Of a stretch of 44,451 nt of DNA, positions 1 to 12,871 are shown piece after piece; positions within the stretch are counted from its first letter, which is position 1; the number at the start of each line of letters is the position of its first letter. The stretch lies in contig CAJVPI010000187.1 in the NCBI GenBank assembly GCA_910592345.1, positions 1-44,451 on the forward strand. The letters run 5' to 3'. A program made the position numbers and the translations under genes. Source of the DNA: Paraglomus brasilianum. Its lineage: Eukaryota. Below the pieces are notes generated by a model. That model ran no database searches. It was given only the letters and a program-made list of their open reading frames with translations, and had not been told where the DNA came from.

Positions 1-89
1 TAGATTTTTTTAATCTTTGTAATGATGCTTAAGTTGTCAATTGTATCAAATTTATCCAATAAAATTGATTTTTTTTGAACATTGCTTAG

Positions 90-1317
90 TTGTCGTTATA
101 TCGAGACGCACTTGTATTACTATGCAAGTCAAAGAGAGCAGAATGCTAGCTTGATTAATAGCATAGTTGGGGGTCAAATCGTGAGAATGTATGGGCCTAA
201 AGCATCAGGAAAGTCTTCTCGTGCATGGGATGCAATCATGCAACTTCATGAACTTGGATATGAATGTATCTAGTAAGCAAGTTCGATTCTCGACCAAAGA
301 ACATTCTTAATCATCGTAATAATTGCAATAATGAAATCTATTTCCTGAATAGCGTGTCTCTTGAGGGATGTGACGTCAGCAGCACAATGTTCTGGTCACA
401 TTTCAATGGTAAAATCGAACCCGAGGCGAAACTTCCAAAGCCCATTATGGATGCCACCTCCTTCGAGGAGACCTTTGATCGAGGGCATGACAGATGGAGG
501 GGTCGTCAGGTCGTTCTCTTCATAGATGAATTCGATAAACTCCACAACGAAGGTGCAGAGCATAACTGTGAATGGATGCTAGCAACAATTAACAGCATCA
601 GGACTCAAAACAAAAGCGCGATACGTTCCATTGTCGTAATTGGCACCTATGCTATTCTTTCTCTGAACCAGAAAAATGTTTTTTTATCACCCTTCAACGC
701 TGAGAACTTCCAAGCCGCAAATCTTACGAAGCAGCAAATTCAAAATCTCTATAATGAATTTGCAACTGAATGGGATTTCGTTGTAGATTCAAGTGTTGTT
801 GATGACATTTTTGTACTGACTGAAGGGTATGTAAACCACTGCTTTCAGTGCGAAATCTTGTACCGAGTAACTATTTATAATCCATTTCAACAGTCATGCA
901 GGACTCGTTGCTATCTGTGGCCGGTTGATCTATGACACATTGATTGAGCCTGGCTCAAAGAACGTTACTTTGGAAAACTGGAAACAAATCACTCTACGAA
1001 CTTTGGATGATGAAGTCCTTAAATATGGCACATTCCGGAGAATGGTCGATGTCTTGAAAGACTCGAGATTTAAGAATGCTCTGGATTTCCTTCGATCACA
1101 CTTCCTTGGGGCTTTCGACTACTATGTACAACTAGTGGATCCCGAACATCTAAGAATGGCCGGATTCTTAGCTGCTCAAGGTGTTTTACAACCTAGTCCA
1201 ACCGAAAGCGCAACAAAATTCAGAATGTCATCGCCTTTAATAGATCTTTTAATCCGGCGAATGGTCATTCCGCGGGCATATCCCATCTCCTCACTGGGTA
1301 TCGTCCATAGTCAATAA
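90..1317 (+). CDS. Crinkler-associated-like P-loop NTPase (AAA-like); 5' end outside window, 3' end apparently truncated
   Basis: Hand-spliced exons of about 90-271, 353-826 and 894-1317 with GT-AG introns. Walker A GPKASGKS, Walker B VVLFIDEFD, then LTxGHAGLVAICG and FRMSSPL motifs typical of this expanded family in early-diverging fungi. Confidence 0.6.
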
Positions 1318-1919
1318 AGAAATTAACTGGCTTTTATTCATATAATTAACGCGACCGTTTAATAATCGAGCCCATTTTGTAAGTTTCAGAAAAGCGTCTT
1401 GCTTCTAAACAAGTACAATATATAAATAAAATTGCATATCATAATATAATTACTGAAGTGTAGAATTCAGCCATATTAAACTTGTTGAAAACGTGTTTTT
1501 ACTCTTGAGAGCATTAACGGAACGGAAAAAAGCGACAAGCATTAGAAGCACACTTTTGGTGTTGTCAAAGAAGAGTACAAAGAACCTACAGACGTGCAAC
1601 AGAAGACGCTCTGAAAGCTTTCCCTCGGATGACTTACGAAAGCTTTTATATTTTTAACCAGGTTTGAATGCATTTTTTTTTATACTGTCATAGATTGTGG
1701 AAAGGGGAAATCTGTGTGCATGCATATATCATTTTCCTAACTGCATAAGTTGACAGTGAAGTCTTTAATATACTACTTAGTAGTCTACAAACATATGTTG
1801 ATCTTGGACGAGTACTTTGTTTCTGATAAATTAATACTATTTCCAATTAAGGTATTGATACAGAGATGACCCTTTCAATATAAATACTTCAAGGCGGCTT
1901 CTTATGATAGCCTTTATGT

Positions 1920-4900
1920 TTAATCGTCTTTATCCTTCACTATAGATTTGAATGAGAATGGCTCAAACTTTATCCCGGTTCCTTCGTAGAACTTATTATT
2001 AAATTCAACCCTAAGAAGTAAGTTATGCATATGTTAGCAAAAATCACAGTAGAAAAAGAGAGAGAGAGAAGGGAAAAACTCTCAAAACATTTAATGACGC
2101 ACCAGTGCAGACGTAATGCGTGCAGGAAAGCAGACAGTCCTTCCATAATTAGAAGAATTCCAATAGTCAAAGAGAACCATAAGGCAAAAGCAACAACAAG
2201 AGCAAAAGCACCAAGAACTCCAGAAATTCCAAGAACAGTTTTGAGTGTCATATCCCAAAGTACAGCCGACAATTCTGTCAAATGCATAATCATATATGAG
2301 TCAACGTAATATGTTACTTAAAAGTACTTGAAAGTATTTCGAAGGTGGATTACTCACGAGCATGAGCCAGACTCAAAGCCCACAGACGCAAATAACTGGC
2401 TGTATTGGATATGCAACCCAGACAAAATTCAATCGTGTGGATGACTTGATGTATCATATGCTCTCCAAAATCGAATCCCTCCTCTTCATGCATTTCTTCT
2501 GGCATACTACTCGAAGCCCCAAAGTCAATATCTTCCTCCGTCGCAATACTTGTGTCTTCTAATGGACGTCGGTACCCCATAGCCCGTATTTTATGGTGTT
2601 CATGCCGTAGAATGAGAGGTTTTGCGAGAAGCATCCACGGAATACAGATAAATGCAACAATAAGCAACCCAAGTTGCACGTTTGCCTGTAAATATAGTTG
2701 TATTAATATGTAGCTTTTAACAATTAAACACAGAACAAGAATAAAACGTTCCCCGCGTGTCAGAGTAATGCCAAATGTTTGTTACCTGTCCAGGGTAAAG
2801 TTCGTCATCTGGTGCTACTGTTCCCGGTTGCAAAAACATGTAGATCAACATGTTAAGCAAACCAGGTGGACTGTGCCTAATTAGCTGACCATCTGAGTCT
2901 GTCTCAGACCAATTCATAGACCATTTATAAATAATTGTGAAAACGAGGTAACCAAAAATAGACTGCATGAAAAGCATCTGTGGGAGAAATTCGGTCCATA
3001 TGCTCAGTTTCTTCTTGAAGTATGTGTAATTAAATACTGTAAGCGCAATACCAAAGCTCATCTGATGAGAAAAGAATATAATTAATGTCAAGTAATAAAT
3101 GAAGGAAAAAAACCCATCTATACAATTACCTGGATTACACCAAATACCACCGACATTTTCATTTTATACGAATTTATAAAAATCAGACTATTATCAGCCC
3201 CATGCCACGCCTTAAAAAGAGTAAGCTTATTAGTTTAAGACAAGTAAACCCTTTCATAAGAGAGTGACAATATTGCTAACTTCGTAATACATTACCGGAT
3301 CGACACCAAATGGATACACTCCGACCTGTACCGCCTCCACCGCTTGTCCAACTGTATAGTTTTCCGGCCATTGCCATTCAAATCCTGAATCAGCTATTTG
3401 GACAGCGCGTGAGAAAATGTCATTATAAATCAGGCCCGTATATATCGAAAACAAGCCCATAAGTAGTATTATATAGCGGCCACCAAAAAACATTTCAAAA
3501 ATCTGGAGACGTTATAGAGTGTTTAGTTTAGACTCGCATATTGCAGTAGATTCAATAAAGTTTCACAAGAAAATGTTAAAGCTCATCAATACCTCATCCA
3601 ACTTTTCCCTCTCAAATTTCTTTTCGTTAAGGATCAAGTATAAACCTGCGAGTGTTAATAAAAACCCGTGACCAAAATCACCAAACATGACTGCAAACAA
3701 GAATGGGAAGGTGATTATGGTGAACAGTCCAGGGTTAACTTCGCGATACTTTGCTACACCATATGCATCTACTATTTCTTGGAAGCCACTTGTAAATTTA
3801 TTGACGCGATGGAAGGTTGGCGGTTCTTTTGTCGTGCGCAGCTCGTTCAGAATAGCTGATACATTAGATCCAAAATTTTCCTTTGTGACAAATGTGTTTT
3901 TAATAAGATTGAAAAGACAAAATAATGAGTGAACATATTCAAATACTGAATCCATCGTTTTACACCAAGACCTTTCCACTATTTTCCATTTTCCTCGCCA
4001 CCGAAAGACTTACTGTTGCCGTTCTTATTGCTCCGTGTATTTTAGGAAGATCATTTCGAGGACACCAGCCCTCTGCAATCAAGCATTTGCGAGTGACATC
4101 GTAGTTGAAAAGATTCATGGTGTGATAAACCGCCTTCTCTTTTTTGATAATAGTCATCCATGCGGTTAAGTTTTCTGCAATTTTCGTCAACTCCGTTCTC
4201 CGTGCGTTGTTAGTCGTTTGAATGACAGCACTAAGGTCTTCAATTTGCGTTGTAATATCTAAAAGACTTGCGCGCCTTCTGTCGGGACTGTCGTCTACTG
4301 GATAGAGAGTGGCACCCAATGACTCTGATATCTTTCTTATTTTATCTAGCAGTACTTTTCCGTGTGCAAAGATGATAAAAACATTCTTCTCGACAACCTC
4401 ATCCGTTGATGGATCGACAATCGGTTCGTCGATCTCAGCATAGTTGAGGTAGAGATTTCCACGAAGAACACGCCACAAAACACGCTCAAATGTCTGCATT
4501 TTCTTTCGGGGAATAACTCCAGTAACAAATCTGTGTAGCGGTCAAATTGAAATTAAGATTCACATATCAAGTAGCGTAAATTTCTTCTACACTGAGCTTG
4601 CTGCTCACCCGAGATTTAGTTGGTTAAATCCTGTAGTTCCGCTGGGTCCTTGCTCCAAGTCAGCATGCCCTAGTAAAGGTGTGGTTGGCTCATCGAACGA
4701 CTGACGGATATCCTCTTGCCGAGATTCAGCCTGAAATAACTCAAAAGTCAATATTTGCATACTCTGGTCATATCTACAATTCAATTTTGATAAAATTCGC
4801 GAGTCACCTGCTCCAAAAACACGCCTGTCTCTTTGAGTACGTGTCTTTGTTCTGTAAGTCTTAGATAACGCTTCTGCATGCTTTCATAAGAGTTATTCAG

Positions 4901-5537
4901 TTGTGTTATGCGTCGTTCATATACATTTATCTGTTCTTCCAACTCGTCAATTTCTAGCACGCTGCGTGCACGGACTGCCGACGCATCACCAGTAAGCGGT
5001 CGTATTGGAATCTCCAATTTTTCAATTTGGACAGTAAAGAAACCTGTTATCAAATATCCAAGCATAATGTGAACGTTATTAAATCGTAGTAGCCTTAAAC
5101 TTTTAGTCGTCGCATAACAAATAAAGTTTTCCAAATAATTACTAAAGACTATAACTTGCTCGTCTGCAGAGACATGCACCTAATGGTATACATATCTAAG
5201 AATATCAGTTCATAAACACGAGCCTCTTATTGACTACCAATACCAATAGATACTCACGAAGCCGTCTCTCCATTTCGTCGAAGCGTCTGATTTGAGACAC
5301 AAACGCACGTTGGAAGGCATTGACGTCAGGGTTTAGCTGTTCGAACGTTCACAAGAGGTCAAATACAGGTATTTTTTTTTCAAAAGTGTTCAGAAAGGAG
5401 TATGCAACACATACGTCTCTAAACTGAATCAGACCCAACTCTCCCAATTCCGCAACGGTCGGTTGTGCCATTTCCGAGGGAATGTACAGTTGTATCAATG
5501 ACATCTCTTCCGAACGGAAGAGACTAGAATACGTCAT
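1920..5537 (-). CDS. VPH1: V-type ATPase V0 subunit a (Vph1/Stv1), multi-exon
   Basis: Motifs [85 protein letters not shown] at 5537, TAA at 1920-1922. Confidence 0.97.
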
Positions 5538-5661
5538 TTTGAGATAAACGAGCGAGTAGCTACAGAAGATACTAGCAAAGATAGCGGTGCGTAATATATA
5601 TATTCGATGTCACACCAGGAAGCATAATTTTGATTTTGATTATCAAGTTGTTTATCCTGAC

Positions 5662-6254
5662 ATGGATATCTTGCCAGGTGAGAGCAACGTAGATTGGTTT
5701 TACAAATTAAATCACTGCTTATATTCTAAAAGAGTATTATTTTTTTTCCAGTTCTTGAAGAGCGGGAACGCATAGCCGATGAGATATTGACAGATAAGTT
5801 AGCAGTAAGTAGGATGAATACTTTTCTTTACAGAACAATGATTATTGCTATTTGCTAATATCTGAATAGATTGTCGATTATGATAGGAAACGTAATAGTA
5901 ATCGCGAAGCTCTTAATAAATTGAAAAAAGATTTGAAGAATGAAAGTAAAGTTTGGGTTAATTTAGGTGATATGTTTATTAGAATGGAGAAGGACAAAGT
6001 GCAGACACTCGTCAACAAAGGTAAGATTTGATTTTCGCTTTACGATAATTATATTATTTATTTATTATTTTTTGTGTATTATAATTACAGATCAACAACA
6101 TCTCGATAGTGAGATATCGAAACTTCACGAAAATATGAAAGAAAAAAGTGCTCGGCTTGAACAAATTGAAAAAGGAAATGTTGAGAGAATGAGCGGGTTT
6201 AATCTAAAGCCAATTGAAGCGAAAGATATCTACAACATTACTCGGATGAAGTGA
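5662..6254 (+). CDS. PDRG1: PDRG1 (p53 and DNA damage-regulated 1), prefoldin-like subunit, 4 exons
   Basis: Spliced product MDILPVLEERERIADEILTDKLAIVDYDRKRNSNREALNKLKK...WVNLGDMFIRM...DQQHLDSEISKL...MSGFNLKPI matches the PDRG1 pattern (IVDLDxKRNxNRE, FGNMFIKM, DQDHLDKEI, GFNLNPL). Confidence 0.88.
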
Positions 6255-6434
6255 AGAAGAATGTGACGAGAATATAATAACGGTGCTCGGAAATAAGTTT
6301 ATTGGAAACTCATTCAAAGTCTGTCTTGTGACCATGCAGTAGAAATACAACATTTCTCACCGAAAGCAATTACAATCAGCTCGAAAAAGTCAGATAAATA
6401 AATTTCAATATCACCCAACGCGATCCGTGTCACG

Positions 6435-9400
6435 TCATATAATCCGCTCCTTTCTAGGTCTCCCACATAGCTCTGTCCATTCTTTCAATATAGCCTCCTT
6501 AACGTCCAGATGTGATAGCCATCTAAATAACGTTTCGGCGGTATTGCGTGTCTGAGGTTTAACGGTGATGCATCGCAAAAGTAACTCCCGAGATGTCTGA
6601 CCGCGTATAGACTTTTCAATATAGAACCGAATTTGTGCCGCGTCAGAGACGATTCCACGAAGGCTTTTTAAATCAGAGTCAAGAATGCCATCCCAAGGGG
6701 CTTGGCCAGAGAATGTTCGCCAGATTAATACACCCAGTGAGTATATATCCTCAGCCAGTGGATCTATAGGAGTTGGCAATATTCTTTGATCGTTTTTAGT
6801 TCGAGGAAGCGTAGCAATGGACCTACATTTTTAAATTATACAACATAAAGTATAAGCATTATATCCAAATAACGTATATATCTTCATAGTTCAAAACATA
6901 CCTATAAAGGAGATATCCATGATCAGGGCCAGTCTGAATAAGTGGTAAAAGATTTAAAGTCTCTGAGGAGATTTCTTTAACTTTCCAACGCATCACATCT
7001 TCCGGTCTTACGAATTCGGCCTTGCCAAAATCAATAATAACCAGTTCGGGTGTATTGCTTCCATCGAGCAGTTTTTGGTCAGTTCGTTCAGTGACCATTA
7101 TGTTTACCTCGCTCAAATCTCTATGAGCGAACCCTGCATTATGTATTGCACGAACGCCTTTAACCATATCAAGCACTAGTTTGTATTTCTGTTCTGCTGT
7201 TAAATGACGACGACTGTTGAATGCGTAGTCTTTAAGAGTATATTGATATCTAAGTTATAATGTTGTAAAAAAATCAGTTAATGTGATTAATGGATAAACG
7301 AAAATCAAAAAATAAAAGAAAGAGAGCAGAATGAAATATTACGCTCATCCTGTATACAACTTACCTTTTCATTGACAACCCAACAAGCTCATCCTCCGCT
7401 CCGGTATAGATTGATCTGATCTGTCCAGTGTTTTCTACACCTTTAGTTTTACTATGAAAGCGAATTCTTTAAATTTTCGTCCTGCACGTAACTGTGACAA
7501 AATACCGTAATACTTACAGACAACAAACGGTTTCTACGATACGGGCTCCAAATGTCTGTTCGGTAATCTCTTTAAAGTTTTGGACAACATAGCTATCGTC
7601 ACCATGAACATGGAAAACTCTCTTGAAAAATCCTTCAGTCTCCACTTTTAACGATCCCCCCATTGATTGAAAATTCTCAAAGGGAACATTTAGAGCTGCC
7701 GCTTCTGTTATTAGGAATTCGATGGATTCGTAAATAAAACTATCTATTTACATATTCGATCCCCACAACACATCTGTACTATAAACGTACCTAATTTAAT
7801 ACTGCCCATAACACCTTGAGATTCTGTAAGATTGTCTGTGTGTTGCGTCAATCGAAGTGCATCTATGAAAGCATCATGTCTTTCCGGATGTTCTTGTACC
7901 ATATGTTTGGCATATAAGGTTACCTTGTGAGCACTCTTCAGACAGCGATGTTGAAAAGCACTTGACATGATTAAGGTCATGTCTATTCGATCCAATATTA
8001 TACATTTAATCCAGTACCGAACATCGAATAGTTCTGGAAATTCAATTGTCGGCAATTGATGTATGTCACCAAACGGCTTAGCGATTAGCGCTTTACAAGT
8101 AATCTCGTGTATATCATATTTGAATTTAATATCCGACAAAATCAAAAGGATTGCATCAGACTCATCACGACATCGTTGAAGCGATTCGCGACCGCCAGAT
8201 ATGTAAAGTCGAATAAAGTTACGACTTGATTGCGTTGGATCTATACGTCTTGAAGGTATGCTATCCTCCGCATGAATAGAGCGTATAGAGTCTCCATACA
8301 CATCAATCCTCCTGGCAACAGTATCCTTCATTATCCTGTTCAGAGGATTAAACCCTCCACAACTTGCATTAACTTCCGGACGAAGCATATGTTTCAATAG
8401 TCCACGAGACGGAGACTTGTTCTCGTCAGCACTTAGAGTTGAGAGAATGTATATTGGACTTTCAACATGTATGTGGACATCAGGGAAACCCCACTTTATG
8501 TACAGCTCATTAAGTTTCTCGTGTGGTAATTTTAAGACTTCTCGCAGATGTGCTTTCATTGCGGCTGTTTGTTCGCTACCGGGATGCGGTGTAGACATCA
8601 AATATGAGTAATCAATGTATTGGTTAACATCCCACCTTATGAAATCTTCGAGAAATAAAGACATTTTCTTAGCATGGGTGAATATATCTGACTTTTCTGC
8701 AAACGGTCTATGAAAATCCCACGCGTTATACAAAATTTGGCACAAATCTGCATAGAGATCAAGAAGCGATACATAATCTCCAGCCCACAATTTCTTTTCT
8801 GCCGTGGTCAGATCCATCGGCTTCTTTATGACATTATGATATACCGCATATTGTGCGGGAACTGGACTAACAAATTCTACCGCCCATGAATGAGAGAAAA
8901 TTTCATCAAACAAGTATGTACCAACACGTAATATATCCTCTCTATCCCACGGCCAATTTGACAATCCAGTAGAAAGTAGAAAAGCATTCCATTCCTCTGG
9001 GGTCATCAAAGGATCTCTATCGTTCTTTGCCCTTTTATTTCCACGTTTTGACTGATGCTCGGATGAGAAGTCTGCATGCTCACTGCGCAAGTCAAATTCG
9101 CTATCCTTTGCCTTGCGCTTTTGTGCCGTGCTTCGAGATTCCGATGAGTAGTCTAGCGAGTCTTGTCTTACAGGTAACGCTGATGCCTTGCAAATTAACT
9201 CTGACGACTTGTCTGTCTTTTTGTAATCATCGGTTTCAAATATCCACTGACTTATCCGATACGTCTGCGTAGCCGCATCGACTTTTTTCGGAGTTCCTCT
9301 CGTTACTTTTTTGTACGATTTTAAACTGGCTGCATCGGATATTTCCGATGGAGTTATGGGTAAAGATGTCTGAGGGGGGTAATGAAAAGTAGAATGAGGG

Positions 9401-10149
9401 TTTTTATTCGCTATTTCTTCCGACTTTCTATCTGAATATGGCATCATATTCATGTTATAATTATGAGAGGGTAATCGATGAGGAGCAGATGTATTGATGC
9501 TACCCCATGTATTCGTACTGTTTGTATATGACATGTTGCTTCCCATATTATAACTCGACGGTATTAACGCACCATTGGTAACGTATGTGCTAATATTCTC
9601 GATATGCCCAAAAGTATGTGAAGAATGTGAAGTGTCTAAATTAATATCACTGTTAACTTCAGAATTGTAGTATTCTTTGTTACGCCGCATTGAAGGGTCG
9701 ATCTCAATGTCCACTGATTCCGAGTCTGAAGGTTGCGATGTTTGGGTTGTATGTTGATCTAAAATAGTCTGGTATGAATTATGGGCATGTATACCGTTTG
9801 GTACATTGCTAGGATCAATAGTTGTACTTTTTGGCTTCTTCCGCCGAGCAGAACTGTTATCGAGAGCAGGGATGGTGTGCACTAGTGGTAAATTATTCTT
9901 AAGTTTGAGCAAAGCACCAACTACTACACTATCGTCCGGCGACGTTATTTCGTTACTAATGTCAAATCTAGCCTGTTGAATTGGGTCTAATGATGTCTGG
10001 GAGTCCGCTTGATTTACGTCGCCGTTACTAGATCCCTGAGCTTCTATTGGTCTCCGGGATCGCTGTCGAGGTTTGGTAGGGATCCCTACACCAACTGGGT
10101 CAGCTCGGCGACTCTGACGTTTCTTGTCTGTGGTCTTTTGCGGAGGCAT
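6435..10149 (-). CDS. Bromodomain plus C-terminal protein kinase-like fusion protein, 5 exons
   Basis: Exons 10149-7791, 7704-7518, 7451-7365, 7249-6902 and 6822-6435 join in frame. Bromodomain signature (WAVEFVSPV...YHNVIKKPMDL...YADLCQILYNAWDFH); kinase motifs HRDLSEVN, DFG, DIYSLG. Confidence 0.85.
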
Positions 10150-10628
10150 TTTGGTTGGCTTTATTAAGAGACTGGAAAGAACGAGGCAACGACAGTGAGT
10201 AGAAAACTGTTTGCTTTTAGTATGGAGTGGTCAGAGAACATAAATTGATTTTTGAGAATCGTGTAACAATACTAATACCTATTTCTGCCTTCAAAATTAG
10301 CGATCAGTCACATGGAAATATTATTCGCCAGCGAAGCCATTATAGTAAAGCAAAAGCATTTTTAGAGATTAGTCGAACCTTCAATTTGGTTAGGTAAGCG
10401 TCATTTCGTAACTATGGGTATCATTCGTTTATTGTGACTGATCTAAAAATGTAATAGTATTCTAATTGACATTAAATGATCTGTCTATCTTAAAAGTCTT
10501 ATTATTATCTGTGAATATGTTGATAAAGAAGTAATTTTCGTGCTGACGGTATCTTCGGCAAAAGATATAAGATTAGCTAATGCTCGCATTCCTCAAACTT
10601 CCGTTATAATGAAAATAGTCTATTACAG

Positions 10629-11526
10629 CTATTCCGCATATACGACAGTACAAAAACTCATTGCGAGCATCAATAACCACCTAAGTCCTGGATATTCGTT
10701 AATTGCAATCGCAATGTAACCAATATATGGTATAAACCTATAGATCTAATTAGCGCAAATGGAATTATCAACAAACAGTAGAGCATATTACCTACTTACC
10801 CCCTAACTGTTCCAATAATGTCCTCACGTTTAATCCACAGCTGGTCCGTGTAATAAAGGCTTCTGTCATTGAAGTCGATGTTATCGCCCTTGGTCAAAAT
10901 ATACATTGTATCAAGTTCCTTGCTGTAATGAAAATAACTGGTTAGTACATGCCTATATTTCAATGCATCAAAAGCAGACATGCCTTTCATGTATCTTTAT
11001 CACTCTATGGACAATTGGCACAGGACTTTCTTTAACTCGATACGCTATTACGTCCCCCACTTGGATTGGCTCATCGGGTGTGCTAATTAACAACAAATCG
11101 CCTGAGTTAGGAGCAGAATTGAACATGAATATTGCGCATAGAATGCGAGTAATCAAAATCGAGTACTATATTTTCTTCCACCTCTATGAAAAGCTGGTTC
11201 CATACTTTCACTATAGATTTTTTGAGATTCAGCATTAATATATTTATAGCTTCACCAACGCAACAATAAAGACGATGACATCGCACCTAAACACAACTAT
11301 AATAGGACTTGGAGTCTTCATATACACCCCCAAGCTTTTCCATGCTATCAGCGCTGATGCGAAGATTGCAAGGAAACTGAGCAGTATTATCACAAGCTTT
11401 TATTAGCAGTACACAGAATAAACTCGATAGTCAGCTAATGGAGATAGATGAAAGAACAGGCAAAAAACGTACCTTACACACCTGTTTCACAGTCTGCATG
11501 TTTCTATCTCGAAGAAAGTTAAGCAT
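10629..11526 (-). CDS. SEC11: Signal peptidase complex catalytic subunit SEC11-like
   Basis: Spliced SPIIVVFSESMEPAFHRGDL, PIVHRV, LTKGDN, FIPYIG; catalytic Ser/His/Asp present. One intron needs a GC donor. Confidence 0.88.
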
Positions 11527-12431
11527 ATTACACTGCCTTGTCGCATCCAAGACTTCAATTGAATAGTACTAAACGGTTGGACTGGAATTAAAAAGACTAT
11601 CTATCTATGGAGTAAGGTGAATTCTATGCTTTGATTTTGATTAGTATTTAATCTTAATTTCCATGGAATATCATGTGATTATGTCTTGAACGGAGATCTA
11701 ACCACCTTTTTTTAGAAGTTTGACACATTTCTTATACGAAGGCTCTGGTAAGGCACATACTCTAATTCACAACATGCAAAGTGTGGAATACGATTACGAC
11801 TATAATCGTTGGCCTAAAGTTTGGCTACATGAACTGATGAAATAGGAATGGTCAAATTTTACAATTTACACTATTTTTCTTAGTGCTACCATATTCCTAT
11901 AATAATAACGACGATGCCACAAAGTTAATTGGTACAAAAAAGGAAAAATTTAATGTAATGTGTGGAAAGAAACAAACAAGAATAAACCGGTTCAACGTGA
12001 AAATGATTGGGCCTGAGTTTAATATAATATTAAGGGTAGAAATTACATTGATGCATGTGACTATTGTACCGTAATGACGGTTTATACACCTGTCATCAGG
12101 GTTTCTAGCTCACATCTACTAACTTTCTTGCTGACGATAACTTGGTTACAGTACATCAGGCCCCTTAATAGGATTCTTATCTTATTCTAATAGCAAGTGA
12201 TAAATAGTAGTGGGCTGAAAATTATCTCAGAATACGAAGGCTTTTTCATGTGAAATGAAAAAAGTCTTAATTATGTTTTACACCATTGCTTCGCGTAGCT
12301 CACATTATTGACTATTAGATATAGCATTATAGTTGGCGATCTTAGTATCGATGTCATATACTAATGTCAGACCAATCGAATATCGTGTACTAGTACTGCA
12401 CATACGAGCTTATAAGGTTTAATTTCTGTTA

Positions 12432-12871
12432 CCGACTGCCGTTTTATAACTACCATGAATAAGGGCCTACCTTTATCATATGAGGGGGCTCATTTTCATG
12501 AGATGCCCTAAAACAATGAAAAAATGGTCTGCAAATCGCCACGTAACAATTGTTCGCGTTATCATGTTATTACATCATTACGAACTGCGGCGATACTAAA
12601 GTAATATACACAGTCAACCCCGTTTAACCGAAGGACTAAGTAAAACTCCTCTAAACCGAAGGTAAGTTCTAAAACCTCTATATTAAATTTACCCCGATAA
12701 ACCGAATTTACTAATTGACCCGTTAAACCGAATTTCTTAGCATTTCCCACCTAAGTTCCCGACCCATTTCGGTTCACCATGTATATGATGGTGATTTGTT
12801 GATAATCAAGTAGGTGGGGCTGTTACTTCTTAGCCTTATTCATGGAGGACCTTATTCACGGGAGTGTACGG
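12432..12871. mobile_element. Degenerate MITE-like element with a nested pogo-like MITE fragment
   Basis: TA-CCG...CGG-TA ends; perfect 12-bp inverted repeat CCATGAATAAGG (12453-12464) / CCTTATTCATGG (12834-12845). Internal CAGTCAACCCCG end at 12611 followed by four AACCGAA motifs. Confidence 0.55.

Noticed and set aside
5044..5257. Long (214-nt) VPH1 intron with two possible hairpins, considered as an H/ACA snoRNA
   Set aside because: Stems are only 6-7 bp and there is no canonical ANANNA hinge or terminal ACA.
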